A DNA stretch of 57,091 nt from an uncultured bacterium. Lineage in GTDB: Bacteria > Patescibacteriota > Minisyncoccia > UBA9983. The stretch spans positions 1-57,091 of the forward strand of contig CAJVWH010000001.1 of assembly GCA_913009575.1 (NCBI GenBank). The letters run 5' to 3'. Of this stretch, positions 52,740 to 57,091 are shown piece by piece. A program made the position numbers and the translations under genes. Position 1 is the stretch's first letter. Each line of letters opens with the position of its first letter. A model generated the notes under the pieces. That model ran no database searches. It was given only the letters and a program-made list of their open reading frames with translations, and was not told where the DNA came from.

Positions 52740-55445
52740 TTATTTTTTATTTATTTTATTCCACCTGCCGGCTTTCTCAAACAAAAAATACTTGGCGGCC
52801 TCAATGGTGATAAGGTTGAAAATTCCAACACTAAAAACAAGGAGGAGTTCAAACGCGGAGAGTGGAGCGATTGACAAAAGTTTTTGCAAGGGAGCGAGAA
52901 AAAGCGCCGCCGCCAAAAGGGCGATGCTTAATATCAAGGAAAAAACCAGATACATATTTGAAAAAATATGTATTTTCCAAATCGGTTTTTTAAAATTTTT
53001 CAAAGAGAAAGCGAAAAAAATGGAGTCTATGGAAATTCCGGCGAACATAATTGTCCGTATTTCTTCAAGCGAATAGCCGGCTTTGGAAATGGAAAAAAAC
53101 AAGATGAGCAAAAAAACGCTTGTTATGGAGGAAATCACTATAATCAGACGCCGCAAATTTTTTGACAAAAGGTCTTTTGACGACCACCCCTTCGGGTCAC
53201 GCTTCATCAAATTGTCTTCCTTCGGCTCAAAGGCGAAGGCAAAATTCATAAAACCCTCCTCAATTATATTGGTCCATAAAATTTGGGTGGGGAGAACCGG
53301 TAAAGCCATTCCCGCGATAATCGCCGCGCCCACGAGTATTATCTCGCTGAAGCCGGTTGAAAGAAGATAGGCGGTCGTCTTTTTCAGATTATCCAAGATT
53401 CTCCTCCCCTCCTCAATCGCCGCCACGATTATGCTGAAGCTGTTGTTTAAAAGAATTATGTCGGATGCTTCCTTCGCCACCTCCGTGGCCGACCCCAGCG
53501 CCACGCCCACATCCGCGTGCTTGAGCGAGGGCGCGTCATTGACTCCGTCTCCGGTCATCGCGACCACCGCTCCCCTCGCCTGCCACGCCCTCACGATATC
53601 CATTTTTTGGTGCGGGAGAACACGCGCGAAAACATCAACTCTTTCCACTATGTTTTTTAATTCCTCCGCGCTCATTTTTTCAATGTCACCGCCCTCCAAA
53701 ACAAGCCCGTTTTTGGTCAGCAATCCCGCCTCTTCGGCGATTTTCTTGGCGGTAATGACATTGTCCCCGGTTACCATCACCGTTCTGAGCGACGCATCCT
53801 TCACGCTTTTTATCGCCTCCGCGGCATCCGCGCGCAGTGGGTCATGGAAACCGATAAATCCGCCGAATGTCATACCGGAGAAAACTTTTTTATCCTCTTC
53901 CCCGCGCGGAAAAGAATCCCACTCGCCGTCCCTGTAAGCGACGGCTATCATTCTTATCCCCCGCGAAGTTTCTTTTTCGCGGGAACGCTCCATTATCTTC
54001 CTTTCTTTGTCCGTCATTTTTATTCTCTCCCCGTCCTTGTAAATCTTATCGCAAAAATCCAAAATAAGTTCCGGCGCGCCAAGTGCGTAAACGCGCGTTT
54101 TATCCCGCTCGGCGGGACTACCAATTTTATGCATTGAAGCTGAAAATCTTCTCTCGGAATCAAAAGGAATAAAATCAACGCGCGGATATTTTTTGAATAT
54201 CTCCTTCGGACTCACTCCCGCCTCAATGGAAGCGAGAAGAATGGCCTTATCCATCGGCCGTCCCCGCACCACCCACTCTTTCAATTCATCATCGGGATTT
54301 TCTATAAATCCTCCTGAAGCCAGCATCGCCATTTGCAAAACCTGCAGGCGGTCTTTGTGCTCTTTGTCTTTGAATTCCCTGCCCTCTGAAAGAAATGTCA
54401 TTATTTTAGAAACAACCATCTCGGCCTTTGTGAGAGTTCCGGTTTTGTCGGTAAGGATGACGCTTGTTGAACCGAAAGTTTCCGCCGCGTTCAAATTTTT
54501 GACCAACCCCCCCTTGGCAAGAATTTTTTTCATTCCCAACGCCAGAACCACGGTTACCGCCACGGGAAGGCCCTCCGGAATCGCCGCCACCGCGAGAGCG
54601 ATGGCGACAAGAAACATCTCCGTGAAAGACTGCCCCCTCGCGAGCCCAACTCCGAAAATCACCACCAGCCCAAGAACCGTAAGAATACCCAGAAAACGCG
54701 CCACTCGTTTAATTCCGTTTTGGAGAGGGGTCGCGGCCTCCTCCTCCTTTCCCACCATCTCCGCGATTTTGCCTATTTCGGTCCTGAATCCCGTGTTTAC
54801 GACGATTGCCTTCGCCCATCCTTCCGTCACCAAAGTCCCCATCCAAAGCATATTTTCCCTTTCAATAAGTGGCGCGTCGGGGGGGATTTTTTTCTTCATG
54901 TCCTTGGTAACCGCCATCCATTCGCCGGTAAGGGCGGACTCGTTCACCTCAAGCCCCTTCTCCTCAATGAGCCGGGCGTCCGCCGGAACCAAATCCCCCA
55001 TTTGCAGAATTATAATGTCGCCCGGCGCCACTTCGGATGATTCCACAAGCTTCCGGAGACCTCCCCGCACCACCATGGCGTATTTTTTTTGAAACGATTT
55101 TAATTTTTTCAGCGCCTGCGACGCCTTTCCTTCCTGAAAAATTCCAATGGAAGTATTTATGAAAACGGCGAGGAAAATGACAATGGCGTTCATGTGTTCC
55201 CGCAGGAAAAAAGCGACAACGCCGGCGATAATCAATATAAAAACAAGCGGACTTTTAATCTGCTTCCAAAAAAGTTTCAGATAATAAAAACGCTCTTCGC
55301 GGCTGAAAACATTTTTGCCGAATTTCTTCAACCGTTTTAAGGCCTCCTTCTCCTCCAAGCCCTTTTTAAAATCCGTCTCCAAACGCCTGTTGATTTCCGC
55401 CAAACTCAGCGAATGCCACGCAATTTCTTTTGCCATAATTTCCAA
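52740..55445 (-). CDS. P-type (type II, Ca2+-ATPase-like) cation-transporting ATPase
   Basis: 901 aa. TGEW (TGES-like), DKTGTLT, MVTGDN, GDGVNDAPSL. Adjacent to the CaCA exchanger. Confidence 0.92.
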   Translation of the reverse strand: MEIMAKEIAWHSLSLAEINRRLETDFKKGLEEKEALKRLKKFGKNVFSREERFYYLKLFWKQIKSPLVFILIIAGVVAFFLREHMNAIVIFLAVFINTSIGIFQEGKASQALKKLKSFQKKYAMVVRGGLRKLVESSEVAPGDIIILQMGDLVPADARLIEEKGLEVNESALTGEWMAVTKDMKKKIPPDAPLIERENMLWMGTLVTEGWAKAIVVNTGFRTEIGKIAEMVGKEEEAATPLQNGIKRVARFLGILTVLGLVVIFGVGLARGQSFTEMFLVAIALAVAAIPEGLPVAVTVVLALGMKKILAKGGLVKNLNAAETFGSTSVILTDKTGTLTKAEMVVSKIMTFLSEGREFKDKEHKDRLQVLQMAMLASGGFIENPDDELKEWVVRGRPMDKAILLASIEAGVSPKEIFKKYPRVDFIPFDSERRFSASMHKIGSPAERDKTRVYALGAPELILDFCDKIYKDGERIKMTDKERKIMERSREKETSRGIRMIAVAYRDGEWDSFPRGEEDKKVFSGMTFGGFIGFHDPLRADAAEAIKSVKDASLRTVMVTGDNVITAKKIAEEAGLLTKNGLVLEGGDIEKMSAEELKNIVERVDVFARVLPHQKMDIVRAWQARGAVVAMTGDGVNDAPSLKHADVGVALGSATEVAKEASDIILLNNSFSIIVAAIEEGRRILDNLKKTTAYLLSTGFSEIILVGAAIIAGMALPVLPTQILWTNIIEEGFMNFAFAFEPKEDNLMKRDPKGWSSKDLLSKNLRRLIIVISSITSVFLLILFFSISKAGYSLEEIRTIMFAGISIDSIFFAFSLKNFKKPIWKIHIFSNMYLVFSLILSIALLAAALFLAPLQKLLSIAPLSAFELLLVFSVGIFNLITIEAAKYFLFEKAGRWNKINKK

Positions 55446-55542
55446 AATTTTAATTTTATGAAATTATGAGCATCCGCCGAAATCTTTAGCGAAGGCGGAT
55501 ATTCATATTTCATGCTCTTATTATACCAGCATTCGCGCAAAC

Positions 55543-55574
55543 AAAAAAGGCGGTTTATTTCATCCGCCTTTTTA
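55543..55574. terminator. Bidirectional intrinsic terminator (aaaaaaGGCGG-N10-CCGCCttttt)
   Basis: Immediately downstream of the stop of the ClpP-like gene on the minus strand. Confidence 0.7.
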
Positions 55575-55577
55575 CTT

Positions 55578-56153
55578 TTATACCAATCTGTCTATCAAGG
55601 ATAAATCTAACGCCTTTTGCGCGGGGATTATCGCTCCTATCTTGTAGAAATTATCAATAGATTCAATGGGAAGTCCTGTTCTTCTCTGCATCATATCGTA
55701 AAGCCGGCTGTTCATTTGAACAAGATAAGAAAGGCAGGAGGTAATTTCTTCAATGTCATACCAAACATTTTCTTCAAATTGGACGGTCGCCCAATGAAAT
55801 TTCAGACGGGCATTTTTCCTCATTACGCGCTCCGCGGCCCCCTGAAGTATATGAAGAGAGCCTGAGTATGCATAGTCTTCCACAATGCACACGGTATGTG
55901 CAAAACAATTTCTTAAAAGTCCGTGAATCATCATGCAGGCAATCGCGCATCCTCCTTTGCCCCGTCTGATTCTGACGGTAATTGGTTCTGAACCGAAATT
56001 CTGCATTTTCCAAATGGCTTTTTGGAATGCATTGGATGTCGCTTTATCAACATTTCCACTCAAAACTATGACCCGCCTTTTAATATCAACTATCAGATTG
56101 GCACTATGAAAAATTTTGCGTTTTGGCCTTTTTCCTCCATTTTTCCCCATCAC
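55578..56153 (-). CDS. Divergent ClpP-fold (S14-like) serine peptidase
   Basis: 191 aa. Aligns by eye along the whole ClpP core: RRVIVLSGNVD / RVIFLTGQVE; ...DYAYSGS (Ser position of GQAASMG); LKFHWA (His position of MIHQP); ending LSLIDRLV / YGLVDSIL. Confidence 0.6.
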   Translation of the reverse strand: MMGKNGGKRPKRKIFHSANLIVDIKRRVIVLSGNVDKATSNAFQKAIWKMQNFGSEPITVRIRRGKGGCAIACMMIHGLLRNCFAHTVCIVEDYAYSGSLHILQGAAERVMRKNARLKFHWATVQFEENVWYDIEEITSCLSYLVQMNSRLYDMMQRRTGLPIESIDNFYKIGAIIPAQKALDLSLIDRLV

Positions 56154-56235
56154 TGCCTCCTTTACTAATTTTTAAGATTCTTTTTATCGCTGAAATTCTG
56201 CATTCAGAATATCCGAAAATCCAAACATTGTCCAC

Positions 56236-56273
56236 TATCCCACTTCTCCCGCTATAGCGAGAAAAGTGGGATA
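56236..56273. repeat. Imperfect hairpin with central CGCTATAGCG palindrome, between the nuclease and ClpP-like genes
   Basis: tatcccactt...cgctatagcg...aagtgggata. 10-bp outer stem, with no T-tract on either strand. Confidence 0.7.
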
Positions 56274-56321
56274 CCCAAGCATCCCAAAAAAATTCTACGA
56301 AATCGCAAAATCGACAACTCG

Positions 56322-56998
56322 CTATTCTTTTGATTTTACCGAATCAATATAACTGCAATAATCGCAATCGGGGCCGGCGCTCGGTATCTTGTCGGTGTTC
56401 AGGCATTTATGAATGTCAAAAATCGTTTGCTCAATCCAGTCCGCGTTTCCGGTGTAAGGAATCAGGGTAATATCAAAATCCAGTTTGCCGTCAAACGCCT
56501 CCCTGTCAGTTTTTCCGTTGCAATAAACGAAATAACCGGTGTCCGAAACTTTGTAGCCGTTTTGGCGCAAAAGCCACTGGTAAATTTCCATCTGCCTTTT
56601 ATATCCGTCGTGCCAGTCCTTGTCCAATTCCGTTATTTCCTCGCTTTTCGCGGTCGCCTTGTAATCAACGACAATATATTCGCCTTTTGAATTTTGCCAC
56701 AAATCGTCAATCGCCCCGAAAATCAAAAGATTGGTCGGCTTATGCAAAAACCGCACTCCGGTAAAATTATGGCGCCATTTGTCCAAATCTTCATGCGGAA
56801 CAGGCCTGGCGTCAACGCCGTATTTTTCAATCAATGGATGTTTCGTTCCGTTGGCGCGATGAATGTCAAATTCCTGTTTCAATAAAGTGTCAACGGCGCT
56901 GTTAAGCGCGAACGGAAATCCGGGAGGCCTTCCGACTCCAAGCCGGCGGTCCAAATAAAAACATCTCGGACACGCCAAAAATAAATCAATTTTTGAGC
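56322..56998 (-). CDS. PD-(D/E)XK (Cas4/RecB-like) nuclease, N-terminus lost at contig end
   Basis: N-terminal CPRCFY, core GAIDDLW...YIVVDYKAT...QMEIYQW, C-terminal CDYCSY Cys pair. Residues MTGVQTCALPI of the listed ORF are translated Illumina adapter, so the CDS is cut at 56998. Confidence 0.7.
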
Positions 56999-57091
56999 AG
57001 ATCGGAAGAGCACACGTCTGAACTCCAGTCACACTGATATATCTCGTATGCCGTCTTCTGCTTGAAAAAAAAAAAAAAACAAAGATAACAC
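56999..57091. other. Illumina TruSeq indexed adapter read-through (index ACTGAT) + poly-A + junk: sequencing/assembly artefact
   Basis: AGATCGGAAGAGCACACGTCTGAACTCCAGTCAC-ACTGATAT-ATCTCGTATGCCGTCTTCTGCTTG at 56999-57064, followed by A15 and 12 nt of unrelated sequence. Confidence 0.97.

Noticed and set aside
56999-57032. Start codon and first 11 residues (MTGVQTCALPI) of ORF 56322..57032.
   Set aside because: They are encoded by the Illumina adapter, not by genomic DNA.
1-57091. Alternative genetic code (UGA recoding, as in some CPR lineages).
   Set aside because: Long conserved genes terminate at TGA (for example clpB) and contain no in-frame TGA. The standard bacterial code fits all of the calls.

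Overview
This is a gene-dense, AT-rich window that uses the standard genetic code (TGA acts as a stop). It reads like the end of a metagenome contig from a small-genome bacterium. Gene content suggests Candidate Phyla Radiation/Patescibacteria (Parcubacteria-like): split transketolase, tandem PfkB kinases, class II FBA, GT39, DprA, a membrane-anchored Clp-type ATPase and a PaaX/Cas2-like protein. That placement is inference only.

I support about 50 CDS. They are mostly housekeeping genes: clpB, miaA/miaB-like, parB, rel, topA, dprA, serS, rpe, tkt halves, fba, ftsW, murG, gltX, pyrG, cysS, dnaB, recR, rmuC, corA, a P-type ATPase and ribosomal proteins L33/L27/L9/L21. There are 3 tRNAs (Tyr-GTA, Trp-CCA, Leu-CAA) plus two orphan tRNA 5' fragments. 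I see no rRNA, CRISPR array, transposase, integrase or reverse transcriptase.

Features not explained by ordinary annotation:
1. A dispersed ~47-nt hairpin repeat (AATGATAC-N9-GCTATCGC-N9-GTATCATT, 4 copies) shows stem covariation and an invariant loop. Two inverted copies bracket a winged-helix/Cas2-like gene, an arrangement like REP/RAYT.
2. A set of 41-49-nt perfect or near-perfect palindromes. Three lie in frame inside miaA, topA and cysS, and most share a CTTGGA/TCCAAG core.
3. A GC-rich, promoter- and terminator-bounded candidate sRNA (or 44-codon ORF) sits next to a small HTH/Zn-ribbon regulator and a divergently transcribed PD-(D/E)XK nuclease, with iteron-like repeats between them.
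4. A divergent ClpP-fold peptidase is paired with a second PD-(D/E)XK nuclease at the contig end.
5. A membrane-anchored two-ring Clp-type ATPase has a degenerate first ring and starts 3 nt after a tRNA.
6. Many genes have -10 boxes 5-8 nt from the ATG, implying leaderless mRNAs.
7. The last ~93 nt are Illumina TruSeq adapter plus poly-A. This is an artefact that creates a false N-terminus on the final ORF.
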